28,901 nt of DNA, taken from the NCBI GenBank assembly GCA_030426875.1, contig JAUHXI010000001.1, positions 1 through 28,901 on the forward strand, written 5' to 3'. The notes under the pieces were generated by a model. It was not told where the DNA came from. It searched no databases and saw only the letters and a program-made list of their open reading frames with translations. This DNA comes from a bacterium. Its GTDB lineage: Bacteria; Patescibacteriota; Gracilibacteria; UM-FILTER-43-11. Of the stretch, positions 1 through 8,162 are shown one piece after another; the stretch's first letter is position 1; every line of letters begins with the position of its first letter. Made by a program: the position numbers and the translations under genes.

Positions 1-721
1 AAATGATCCAATTGTACCCCTCTTTTTTCCCCACCCAAAAAACCTGACCCGGTGCGTGCTCGGCCAATCGGGCGCTATTTTCGTCATTGGCATTCAAAAC
101 ACACCAGTCTGCCTCCGTTTGATGGGCAACAAGATTTGCTTTTGCATTCACATAATCCTCCATGTTTTCGTGCCAGTCCATATGATTGGGGCTGATGTTC
201 AGCACCCCCGCAATGTGGGGAGACATCTGCAGATCAGCAAATTGAAAGCTCGAAACTTCCATCAAAATAGGCTGATCTCTTCTTTCCATTGTCTCACCCA
301 AAATGGGCGAACGGTCATTTCCTCCCACAATGATTTTCCCTTCATAATGGGCTGTTAAAATGGCATCCAACATGCCTGTGGTCGTTGTTTTTCCATTGCT
401 ACCAGTGATGCCAGTGAGTCTGTCCCGCCCTTCTTCCAAGGTCATTTCAGTCAAAGAGGTGACAACAGCACCTTCTTCCTTCGCTTTTAAAATGCTTTCC
501 AAATTGTAGTGGACCCCAGGACTTCTGATGATGGTTTTGAAGCTTGTCAAATCATTAAAGGCCTCTTTTCCAAGTTGTTTTTTTATGCCTTCAGGCATTT
601 CAAGGGTTTCTTTTTCATCACAAATGGTGATGTTCACATAACCTTTTTCTCGCAAAAATTTAAGGGCGTACTGGCCTTCATTGCCGTAGCCGAGGATAGC
701 GATGGGGGGAGTGAACTTCAT
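1..721 (-). CDS. murD: UDP-N-acetylmuramoyl-L-alanine--D-glutamate ligase MurD, N-terminal ~240 aa; runs off the left edge and is absent from the ORF track
   Basis: Manual translation from ATG at 721: MKFTPPIAILGYGNEG (Rossmann-like), IIRSPGV, P-loop GITGSNGKTTTT, GGN, MEVSSFQ, LNISPNHMDWH, Y..AK. These are the standard MurD motifs. Confidence 0.93.
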   Translation of the reverse strand, partial: MKFTPPIAILGYGNEGQYALKFLREKGYVNITICDEKETLEMPEGIKKQLGKEAFNDLTSFKTIIRSPGVHYNLESILKAKEEGAVVTSLTEMTLEEGRDRLTGITGSNGKTTTTGMLDAILTAHYEGKIIVGGNDRSPILGETMERRDQPILMEVSSFQFADLQMSPHIAGVLNISPNHMDWHENMEDYVNAKANLVAHQTEADWCVLNANDENSARLAEHAPGQVFWVGKKEGYNWII

Positions 722-730
722 AGGATGGTA

Positions 731-1315
731 CTATTCGTTTATTTCATAAATCACTGGCCATTCATCTGACATGATCAGTTTATCACAATCGAAATTTGAA
801 ATCTGAGAAATAAGTTCCATTTTTTTATTGGCATCATTCCATTGGTAGTCAAGCACACTCCCACACTGAGCATGGCCAGCAAATTTGGTAAAAATCATCA
901 GGTTTCCATTTTCATCCAAATCTGCAAGGCCTCCAAAACCATCCTCACTCACCACTTCATTGTCGTCTTCATCAAATCTTGTCATTTTTAATTCCGTCGC
1001 CTCTTGAGTATTCGAATTATAGTGATAGAGCCTATAGCCTTCCTGATATGCATATAGCTCGCATGCAACTAAAACAACAGATTCATTTTTGTTAACCTTG
1101 TATTCAGTGATGCCGCTATAACTTGTGAAACGTGTATTTGCCCCATCATTACATGCCTCAGGCCATTGTAATATTTTATTCCAAGCAATGCGGTCTGGGT
1201 GGACAACTTCTTCCGAATCAATTTCACCCTCACTGATTTCAATGGCAGGAGTTTCTTGGAGAGTTTCAGCTGGCCTTATCATTCCAAACATCATGAGTAC
1301 AATCAATGCTTTCAT
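731..1315 (-). CDS. Exported protein, DUF1176-like
   Basis: N-terminal hydrophobic signal. The motifs VLVACELYAYQ and TKFAGHAQCGSVLDYQW resemble the recalled DUF1176 motifs C..GAYN and K.RG..DCG...w.W. Family call is by recall only. Confidence 0.55.
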   Translation of the reverse strand: MKALIVLMMFGMIRPAETLQETPAIEISEGEIDSEEVVHPDRIAWNKILQWPEACNDGANTRFTSYSGITEYKVNKNESVVLVACELYAYQEGYRLYHYNSNTQEATELKMTRFDEDDNEVVSEDGFGGLADLDENGNLMIFTKFAGHAQCGSVLDYQWNDANKKMELISQISNFDCDKLIMSDEWPVIYEINE

Positions 1316-1401
1316 TATTAATGAGGTTAGTGGGAATCAATTTTATACTCTTTCTTGAGGCTGGCCCATGGACTGTAGACGAACTCATTTTACTATAAAC
1401 C

Positions 1402-1935
1402 TTAATTTTTATCACGATTTTTGGGTGTCCATTTAGTACTCTCCAATCGATAAACAAAGCAATCATCCAATCCAAATTGTCGCTGTTCCATTCGTTTAAA
1501 CCCTAGTTTTTCATAAAATCGATGAGCCCGGGTGTTGCTTGTCAGGGGATCAACCAACACTGCTTTGGTGCGGGCATCATCAAAAATATTATCCAAAACT
1601 AAATTCATGATGTGAGTCCCATGCCCTTTTCCTAGGTAGTCCTTTTCGCCAATCCAAATGTCGATGGCACGCAAGTTGTTTTCAATGTCGCCCCAGTAAT
1701 GAGTTTCTTCTAGAGCCGGGTCAATGATTTGTACACAACCAATGGGCACCCCATTGACTTCGGCAATGAGCTGCTGGCGCCATTCAGGATTTTTTTGAAG
1801 TTCAATTTCCCATTGCCAATCGTCATTGGGATCCGAAGCAATGACATGGGGCTGTTCATCCCACTTTTTTAGGGTGTTTAGATCTTTGATGGTGGCAGGA
1901 CGAAGTTCGAGCATGGGTTCTATTTTGTTTAACAT
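1402..1935 (-). CDS. GNAT N-acetyltransferase, AAC(6')/Acetyltransf_8-like; substrate unknown
   Basis: IDIWIGEKDYLGKGHG acetyl-CoA binding motif A; VLVDP..N.RA.RFYEKLGF motif B. Confidence 0.85.
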   Translation of the reverse strand: MLNKIEPMLELRPATIKDLNTLKKWDEQPHVIASDPNDDWQWEIELQKNPEWRQQLIAEVNGVPIGCVQIIDPALEETHYWGDIENNLRAIDIWIGEKDYLGKGHGTHIMNLVLDNIFDDARTKAVLVDPLTSNTRAHRFYEKLGFKRMEQRQFGLDDCFVYRLESTKWTPKNRDKN

Positions 1936-1950
1936 TATGATTTTAAGTCA

Positions 1951-2700
1951 TCATCCTAGTAAATCCACTATCAATTTGATGATGCTGGCAGTTAAAATCA
2001 ATAAAAACAAGCCACGCACATAGACATTTCCTTTTTTGACACTGATGCCTGCCCCAATCCAAGCGCCCACGCCCATTCCCATACCCAAGGCGATGCCGGA
2101 AGGGTAGTGGATGCTACCGTGGTAGGCAAATACAATTGCGGCACTGAGGGACATGAATAAACCAACCATTCTGCTAATGGCCGCACTTTTGATGAAATTC
2201 ATGCCAATTAAAAGGAAGATGAAGGTGATAAAAGTGCCAAATCCAATGCCAAAAAATCCACCATAAATGCCAAGTAAAAAAGTTAAAATTAGAGCAGTGA
2301 TCCAATGCCTATGAGTCAATTTTTTCTGATTCAATCCTAATTTATTTTTGAACATCAAAAAAATAAAAATCACCACAAATAAAATGATGACAACAATTTT
2401 TAGATTATTTTCATTCGTTTTTAGGGCTAGATTTGAACCAATGAAGGAGCCTAAGGCTGCAAATGAACCAAACAAAAGGCCGAGCTTCATTTTCAATTTT
2501 TTGGACTTGTGAAATCTGAGAGTGCTAAAAAAAGCTAAAAAAACCACTCCAAAGCGATTAGTGGCGATGGCGGTATGGATCGGGAGGCCTGTGAGCAAAA
2601 TGACAGGCAGGCTCACTAAGCCTCCACTGCCAACACTGGAGCCATAAAGGCCTGAAAGCAGGCCTCCGATGAATAAGATAATGATTTTACTTAGCTCCAT
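1951..2700 (-). CDS. Sulfite exporter TauE/SafE family membrane protein
   Basis: ~8 hydrophobic segments; GL.G..VGSGGL...P, AIATN and GIYGGFFG.GFG repeats typical of TSUP/TauE. Confidence 0.88.
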   Translation of the reverse strand: MELSKIIILFIGGLLSGLYGSSVGSGGLVSLPVILLTGLPIHTAIATNRFGVVFLAFFSTLRFHKSKKLKMKLGLLFGSFAALGSFIGSNLALKTNENNLKIVVIILFVVIFIFLMFKNKLGLNQKKLTHRHWITALILTFLLGIYGGFFGIGFGTFITFIFLLIGMNFIKSAAISRMVGLFMSLSAAIVFAYHGSIHYPSGIALGMGMGVGAWIGAGISVKKGNVYVRGLFLLILTASIIKLIVDLLG

Positions 2701-3029
2701 TCTTTAACGGTTACCTTTTTTGAATCAAAAATAAAACAGTGCGGCATCCAACAGTCTGACTTTTCTACACCCACTTTGTGACCGTTCATGCATTCGGTGT
2801 TCAACCCATCAAGTCCGTCTTGACCACAACAGCCATTTCCTTTGGGTGGTTTGACATTCCTGAAATCCTTCAAGTGTATCATAGGGCATTTTTTCAATTC
2901 GCCATAGAATTTACCATCGTTTAACAGTCCTTCTTTTTCCAAATTTTTTACGGGCGCATTAAGCTTTAGATTACATTTTTTACAGTGGATTGAAGTAAGA
3001 TTCCCGAATTTTTCTTTCAGTTCATTCAT
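2691..3029 (-). CDS. Small Cys-rich hypothetical protein, probable Zn-binding; overlaps the TauE start by 10 bp
   Basis: CKKC, GCCG.DG..G.N..C.NGH.VG.E.SDCW.PH; 112 aa; stop overlaps the downstream start. Confidence 0.7.
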   Translation of the reverse strand: MNELKEKFGNLTSIHCKKCNLKLNAPVKNLEKEGLLNDGKFYGELKKCPMIHLKDFRNVKPPKGNGCCGQDGLDGLNTECMNGHKVGVEKSDCWMPHCFIFDSKKVTVKEWS

Positions 3030-3152
3030 TTTAAAATCATTTAGACAACGCTTTAGTCTTTCTATTCTTATTTTAACCGATTTTAAGCCACATAAAAATA
3101 TGATTAAAACATATAAAGAAATTTAATTAAACATAATAAAACACAATAAACA

Positions 3153-3182
3153 TTGACAAGATTACCTAAAATTAATTACACT
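3153..3182 (+). promoter_or_regulatory. sigma70-type promoter TTGACA-N18-TACACT pointing toward the HTH gene
   Basis: TTGACA 3153-3158 and TACACT 3177-3182 read directly from the sequence. Confidence 0.6.
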
Positions 3183-3189
3183 AGCTTCA

Positions 3190-3335
3190 GATTAGTTGAA
3201 TTAATCTAGATTTAATTAAATTAGTTTAAATTTAGTTAAAACTAATTTGAATTGAGAAAAGCTAATTAAATTAATATAAAACTAATAAAAATAAATAAAA
3301 CTTAATTGAATTGAACTAGTTTTAATTAAATTAAG
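3190..3335. repeat. AT-rich degenerate pentanucleotide array with 5-bp-phased AATT
   Basis: AATT starts at 3199, 3214, 3219, 3229, 3244, 3250, 3264, 3269, 3304, 3309, 3324 and 3329; 11 of 12 are congruent 4 mod 5. Stops are dense in the frames checked on both strands, so it looks noncoding. Confidence 0.75.
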
Positions 3336-3386
3336 TCATTTTTCTTTCCGCCTCTCAAAAATTTAAACCAAAATAAAAACTTGATT

Positions 3387-3557
3387 GTGACTCCAGTGAT
3401 TTACACCACCGAACAGATTGCAAAACTCCTCCAAATCCATCCGCTGACCGTGCTCAAATACATCAAAATGGGCAAGCTCAAGGCGGTTAAATTGGGTAGA
3501 GTCTATCGCATCACCGACAAATTTTTGCAAGAATTCATGAACAATGAGATGGCATAG
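3387..3557 (+). CDS. Excisionase/MerR-like HTH DNA-binding protein (HTH_17, Xis/BldC-like), 56 aa; absent from the ORF track
   Basis: Manual translation from GTG: (M)TPVIYTTEQIAKLLQIHPLTVLKYIKMGKLKAVKLGRVYRITDKFLQEFMNNEMA*. Matches the yT..E.A..L.v...Tv...i..G.L.a.k.G..yRi pattern. Start could also be TTG 3381 or GTG 3396. Confidence 0.88.
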   Translation: MTPVIYTTEQIAKLLQIHPLTVLKYIKMGKLKAVKLGRVYRITDKFLQEFMNNEMA

Positions 3558-3620
3558 CCCTCATTTATTCAGCCCTCTCCACCCTTGACTTTCGGCTGAA
3601 AAACAAACAAAAAACGTCCG

Positions 3621-3652
3621 AACTCTCCAGTTTTCGCTCACTGGGGAGTTTT
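3621..3652 (+). terminator. Probable intrinsic terminator after the HTH gene, possibly bidirectional
   Basis: AACTCTCCAGT-tttcgctc-ACTGGGGAGTT, an 11-bp stem with one G-U pair; the T run continues 3' and an A-rich stretch lies 5'. Confidence 0.6.
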
Positions 3653-3676
3653 GGCGATGAAGTTTTATCCAAGGCT

Positions 3677-3718
3677 AAATTCTAAGCACCAAATTCCAAA
3701 TCACAAGTTCCAAAAACC
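3677..3718. repeat. Three degenerate 14-bp tandem units
   Basis: AAATTCTAAGCACC / AAATTCCAAATCAC / AAGTTCCAAAAACC. Confidence 0.6.
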
Positions 3719-3794
3719 TACTGTAAACATCCCGCCTTACCAGGCACTCCTTTGCTAGAGGGGAATTGTTTTGTGGGGTTGGCAACTCCGGTTT

Positions 3795-3819
3795 AGACGC
3801 GATGAATCGGCGTCTCTAC
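3795..3819 (-). repeat. GTAG-class REP-like palindrome
   Basis: The minus strand reads GTAG-AGACGC-CGATTCATC-GCGTCT, a GTAG tetranucleotide followed by an imperfect hairpin. This is the architecture of RAYT-associated REPs. Confidence 0.65.
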
Positions 3820-3923
3820 GGTTCTAAAATCCTATTGCTGTAGGCAATGCTTCGAATTGACTCCAGTGATTCAATCCCAAATTCCATTCATGTCCTCCCC
3901 CTTTGGTGGAGCTAGAGGGAGCC

Positions 3924-5405
3924 TCACTGACTACACTGATACTTTGCCACAAAGGACACTTCCTTTGTTAGACTAGTGATACTGGAGCCCCCCTTATCTT
4001 GTTCTTGATACCCCTGGGCAATCACGGCGTTCATGACAGAAAGCTCACTGTCCATTTGTTTAATGGCTTCCTCGGCCACACTGTCTAGGGTGATGGCATA
4101 AACAATAGCTGTTTGAGCTTCCTTTTGAGCGATTTCATTCTCCTCTTTTTCATCAATTTGTTCACTAAGCAAGTCCGTCAAAGACCTCACCTCATCTAAA
4201 CTTTCGTAGCGAGTGCAGTTGATTCCTTGTGCCTTTGCAATCTCTTCCTCTTTTCTACAGAGCTTGAGCTCCTCCAGTTGCTGATCATCACAATCATAAA
4301 ATTTACTTTTTTCCGGGTAATAAATCACACAGTCAGATGTTTTATCGGTGTCTAAGCCCCCATATTCCCAGAGACTCTTGTCAAAAAGTGGGGTGACCGG
4401 CCCAACCATATTTTTAACAATCTCCAATTGAGTGCTCACTTCCCCTGTAAATTTATCCCAGCCGCCCCCTTTCACCAGACTCTGAATCTGAGCCCCCTCC
4501 TCCCCCGCAATCGTCAGACTGATCTGATTGGCAGCAGTCCATTGTTTTGCCCTGACTCGAGCATTGGCCCGCGCCATGTCCCAGATACTCCCCCAGGCGG
4601 CATTGTCAGTTTGAACATCTGTTTTTCCTTCATTATTAGACCAGATCACATTTTCGCCACTGCTAATCGAAGCAATGCTATTCCAACTATTCACCACTTG
4701 TTTGATGGCCTGCTCAAACTCGCCATCAGGACAACCGGTGTCATCGGAATGAAAATATTTTCGCGTGTATAAATTGATGGCATTCTCAGCCGAGGCCTCC
4801 ATGCCAAAAAAATATTCATTAGAAGAGACTGTCACCAATTCACCAGATTGATTTCTAGCAGAAATTGGAGCATTAGGATCCGAACCATATTTGCGCAACA
4901 GATCAATCTCGTTGATTAAATAAAGATAATCCTCCTTCAATAAACCCCCGTGAATAGGATCATATAGTAGATAGGAACGGATCATTTCTTGTCCCACCAC
5001 ATCTCTCAAGCTTTCCAAGCTCCAGATCTCATCTCGCAAACAATTGCTGATGAATTGTTCGTTGTATGCATTGTAATTGAAGACCATAAAAAGCGAATCA
5101 TAAGGGTTTTGAATTACAGCATCGTAGGTATTCTCCAGTACCAATTCTTGCGCAACTCTAGCTTGCCCAGATATCCCAGTTTCCTCTCCCTGCGCTTCTT
5201 CCACCTCCCTCATGGTCTTGATGGTTTCAATGGCACTCAACAAGCTCCCCGCCCCATTCACACTTTGCGAACTGAGCATGTGCTCCTTGATGACCGACAC
5301 ATTGCGAGAAATAGTGGGAGAATAAAGCGCTTGCACACTTTGCACATTCAAACCCATCAGTAGAACAAAAGTTAATCCTGTGATGAATAATGATTTAGGT
5401 TTCAT
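3924..5405 (-). CDS. Uncharacterised exported protein, 493 aa, last gene of the secreted cluster
   Basis: Sec signal MKPKSLFITGLTFVLLMGLNVQSVQA; acidic, helical, scattered Cys, C-terminal QC; no recognised domain. Confidence 0.8.
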   Translation of the reverse strand: MKPKSLFITGLTFVLLMGLNVQSVQALYSPTISRNVSVIKEHMLSSQSVNGAGSLLSAIETIKTMREVEEAQGEETGISGQARVAQELVLENTYDAVIQNPYDSLFMVFNYNAYNEQFISNCLRDEIWSLESLRDVVGQEMIRSYLLYDPIHGGLLKEDYLYLINEIDLLRKYGSDPNAPISARNQSGELVTVSSNEYFFGMEASAENAINLYTRKYFHSDDTGCPDGEFEQAIKQVVNSWNSIASISSGENVIWSNNEGKTDVQTDNAAWGSIWDMARANARVRAKQWTAANQISLTIAGEEGAQIQSLVKGGGWDKFTGEVSTQLEIVKNMVGPVTPLFDKSLWEYGGLDTDKTSDCVIYYPEKSKFYDCDDQQLEELKLCRKEEEIAKAQGINCTRYESLDEVRSLTDLLSEQIDEKEENEIAQKEAQTAIVYAITLDSVAEEAIKQMDSELSVMNAVIAQGYQEQDKGGSSITSLTKEVSFVAKYQCSQ

Positions 5406-5466
5406 TTATTTTTTTTATTGCTTTGTAGAACGGAATTCCCACTCAGCGTTCTAAATTTTAAAGTGG

Positions 5467-7371
5467 TTATATATTTAAATCTCTACAAAAATCTTTTTCA
5501 TTCAAGGCTGTGCCTTCCACCATGCTGTTATACGTGCTCTGCATGGCGGCGAAACTATTTTTCATTTGAGTGAGTAAATCCACCACGCGTAACATTTCTA
5601 TATCGCTGATGGCTTTGGTGCCAATGTGATAGTGTTTAATGGCTTCATTGATTGCCTTTTGTTCTTCCTCATTTCTGGTTTTTGCATTTTGAAGTTGCTG
5701 GGTGCTGGTTTGAGTGTTTTCAGCAGAGGTTAAGGGTTTGTTGGCATCTGTCAGGATTTTTTTGATGCTGTCATTGGCTTCTTCAATAGCCTTCTCAGCG
5801 GTTAGGGTTTCAGTCAGTTCGACGCGTGGTTTGACTAAAGTGATCATGTTGAATGAAAAGCTGGGCCCAAACTTACTACTCAAGCCAAAGGCCGCAGAGG
5901 TGTTCTCAAATGGCGAAACATTGGTGGCTAGTGCTTCTTCTAATGCGTCAGCCATGGCAGTGATGTGACAATCAATGCAACCTTCGTTCAAATTGTAGGG
6001 CGCTAAGGGCCGGTTATTTTTAGTCACATCCACACAAAATCCAGCCTCGATGGAAGTGGCAAAGCCAGCCAGATCACTATCATCTTCCCAATTGTCTCCA
6101 AATAGTAGATCACGCGCCCCATCAAAATCACCGCACAAAAATTCTGTCTGCATGCAGATGGGGTCTCCTTCATCATTCAGAGCGATCTTCTTTTCACCAA
6201 GCACGGTGATTTCTATGGGGCTTTCACCCGGTCCGCAAGGGGGCCGTTGGCTTTCGCCAAATTCCTTCAGGGTTCCGCCCACATGCGGCCCAGGGTAGGC
6301 AGGGTTTTGAGCCACGTCTCCCACATTCAATCCATCATCTTTCTTTGGCACGGTTCCGGGGGGACAGACATTGTTATCATCTCCCCCAGCATTTTCCGGC
6401 TTTTTAAAGGTGATGGCGTCCGGATCTTTACAGATGTCACTTGAACCTGTCAGTTCAATCTCACAAAATTGATTGCAACCGTCTCCCGATGTTCGGTTGC
6501 CATCATCACAGGTTTCTCCTAAATCTTTATTCACACTCCCATTCCCACACAAAGGGCTACCTGGATTGGCATTCGGATCTGCGTCAGGATCATCAGGAGG
6601 GACGCATTCAACCGGTTTTTCCTCTTCCTCCACATCCTGACCTTGATTGGGGTTCAAATCAATATCGATCAAGTCATTGAGTGGGATTGGCTCATCCTCC
6701 TCTTCACCTGGAGGGGCTGGGAATTGGTAAACATCACCCATCCAGTCTGCCTGGCTTCCAAATAAGACAATTTCAATCAAATTCAAGTCCACCATCAAAT
6801 CAAAACGAGCATCAAGTGGTCCTCCCACCTGTCCATCCCAAAATTTTTCAGACGCTTGAAATTTCATTTTTAAAGACTTTTGGTTGAAAAATAGGGCTTT
6901 TTCCTTTTCAAAACTTTCCCGGACGTCAAACAAAAAGCTTTGAGAAAAAAATTGATCATTTTCGGAGCCCTCTTCAACACTACAGGCTTTGCGCAATGCC
7001 TCAGGCAGTTTGCTCACCGCTTCGGCACCCATTTCTTCAGTGATTTTTTTGCAGATCTCGTCATCTAAAATAGCCGTGACCAATTCAGGTTCGATGTCAT
7101 ATTGATCGGCTACAATTTGTAACACTTCTTCATCGGCTTTCAGTGAATCCCCATCCGCATTCACATGATTCCCAATCTCACAATAGGTTTGTTGATAGGT
7201 GTTTTTAAGCTCAGCCGTAAAACAATAATTAGCCGCTTCCACTTTTTGACTCATCCCCCATAAAATGACTAGAGCAGCTAGACCGATGATTGTTTTTAGG
7301 TTTTTATTCAAAATTAGTAATGATTCATTTTTATTTTTTTCATTGAATTCGGGCTCAACTGATACTCGCAT
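5467..7371 (-). CDS. Uncharacterised exported Cys-rich protein, 634 aa, with one myxococcal Cys-rich repeat (DUF4215-like)
   Basis: Signal-like KTIIGLAALVILWGMSQKVEA; CGNG......ETCDDGNRTSGDGCNQFCEIE at 6454-6549; C-terminal helical region. The true start may be a few codons downstream of 7371. Confidence 0.8.
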   Translation of the reverse strand: MRVSVEPEFNEKNKNESLLILNKNLKTIIGLAALVILWGMSQKVEAANYCFTAELKNTYQQTYCEIGNHVNADGDSLKADEEVLQIVADQYDIEPELVTAILDDEICKKITEEMGAEAVSKLPEALRKACSVEEGSENDQFFSQSFLFDVRESFEKEKALFFNQKSLKMKFQASEKFWDGQVGGPLDARFDLMVDLNLIEIVLFGSQADWMGDVYQFPAPPGEEEDEPIPLNDLIDIDLNPNQGQDVEEEEKPVECVPPDDPDADPNANPGSPLCGNGSVNKDLGETCDDGNRTSGDGCNQFCEIELTGSSDICKDPDAITFKKPENAGGDDNNVCPPGTVPKKDDGLNVGDVAQNPAYPGPHVGGTLKEFGESQRPPCGPGESPIEITVLGEKKIALNDEGDPICMQTEFLCGDFDGARDLLFGDNWEDDSDLAGFATSIEAGFCVDVTKNNRPLAPYNLNEGCIDCHITAMADALEEALATNVSPFENTSAAFGLSSKFGPSFSFNMITLVKPRVELTETLTAEKAIEEANDSIKKILTDANKPLTSAENTQTSTQQLQNAKTRNEEEQKAINEAIKHYHIGTKAISDIEMLRVVDLLTQMKNSFAAMQSTYNSMVEGTALNEKDFCRDLNI

Positions 7372-8149
7372 CCCTCAACTGATCGGGTAGCGGTTCGATC
7401 AAATTCCTGAGCTCTTCTAAGGCTTTACGGTATTTTTCCAACCCTTTTAAGGTGCATTGAAAGTGCACATGCATCACAAAAGCCATGCGAAGTTCTTTTA
7501 AATAACTGAACATCAGGTCGATGGTCACTAAAGAACTATCAATCTCCATTTGACGCTCCAAATTGATGCGTTCCACGGTGCTCGTGCGCTCATAAAGGCC
7601 CTCGTCAGACGTGGCTCGAATGGGAAGGTCTCCCACATAAAAAACCAGACTGGAATATGACTCGCCCAGTTCATTCAAATGAGCACTGTAGTCACTGTGG
7701 GCTTTGAGTACCGGTCCTAGCATCTGCTCAGGGCTACTGTCATTGATGATTTGATTGATTTCAGTCTGAGCCAAACACGCTTGATCAGGCACCATCCAGT
7801 CGATCACCTTGGTATTGGGCGTGTTGGCTTCTACAATGCCCCGTTGCTTGAATTTATCATCTTTATAAACCGTGCTTTCGGCGTACTCAAACAAGCACCC
7901 CACATAGCTGTGATAAATGAGTTGAGATCGCTCGAAAACAGCGGCATAAACCTCATAATTAATGGCCTCAGCATTTTCGATGAGGCTAGCAATTTCCTTG
8001 TCTTCATCATAATTAGGAATCAAAGGTGCACACGCTTCTTCGGCCAGGGTCAGGGTTTCATTGTCTTGAGCAAAAGTCACGGCTCCACCATTCAAAAACA
8101 AGGTGAACATCAGGGACATGCCGATGATTTTTTGGATTTGTTTTTTCAT
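7355..8149 (-). CDS. Uncharacterised exported protein, 264 aa from ATG 8149
   Basis: MKKQIQKIIGMSLMFTLFLNGGAVTFA is a typical signal peptide. Starting at 8149 instead of 8185 removes the overlap with the upstream gene. Confidence 0.8.
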   Translation of the reverse strand: MKKQIQKIIGMSLMFTLFLNGGAVTFAQDNETLTLAEEACAPLIPNYDEDKEIASLIENAEAINYEVYAAVFERSQLIYHSYVGCLFEYAESTVYKDDKFKQRGIVEANTPNTKVIDWMVPDQACLAQTEINQIINDSSPEQMLGPVLKAHSDYSAHLNELGESYSSLVFYVGDLPIRATSDEGLYERTSTVERINLERQMEIDSSLVTIDLMFSYLKELRMAFVMHVHFQCTLKGLEKYRKALEELRNLIEPLPDQLRDASIS

Positions 8150-8162
8150 TTTTATTCTTTTA

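Noticed and set aside
56-769. + strand ORFs of 100 and 86 aa
   Set aside because: Antisense shadows of murD, which is clearly recognisable on the minus strand.
1402-1935. Calling the GNAT an aminoglycoside-resistance gene
   Set aside because: Fold-level resemblance only; this subfamily includes siderophore and protein acyltransferases, and there is no mobile context.
3060-3345. AT-rich region as oriC or a CRISPR leader
   Set aside because: No DnaA boxes, no repeat-spacer array and no cas genes were seen.
5426-5453. TAGAACG-N14-CGTTCTA inverted repeat in the cluster
   Set aside because: Short stem, large loop and no U-tract on the coding strand; at most an mRNA-stability hairpin.
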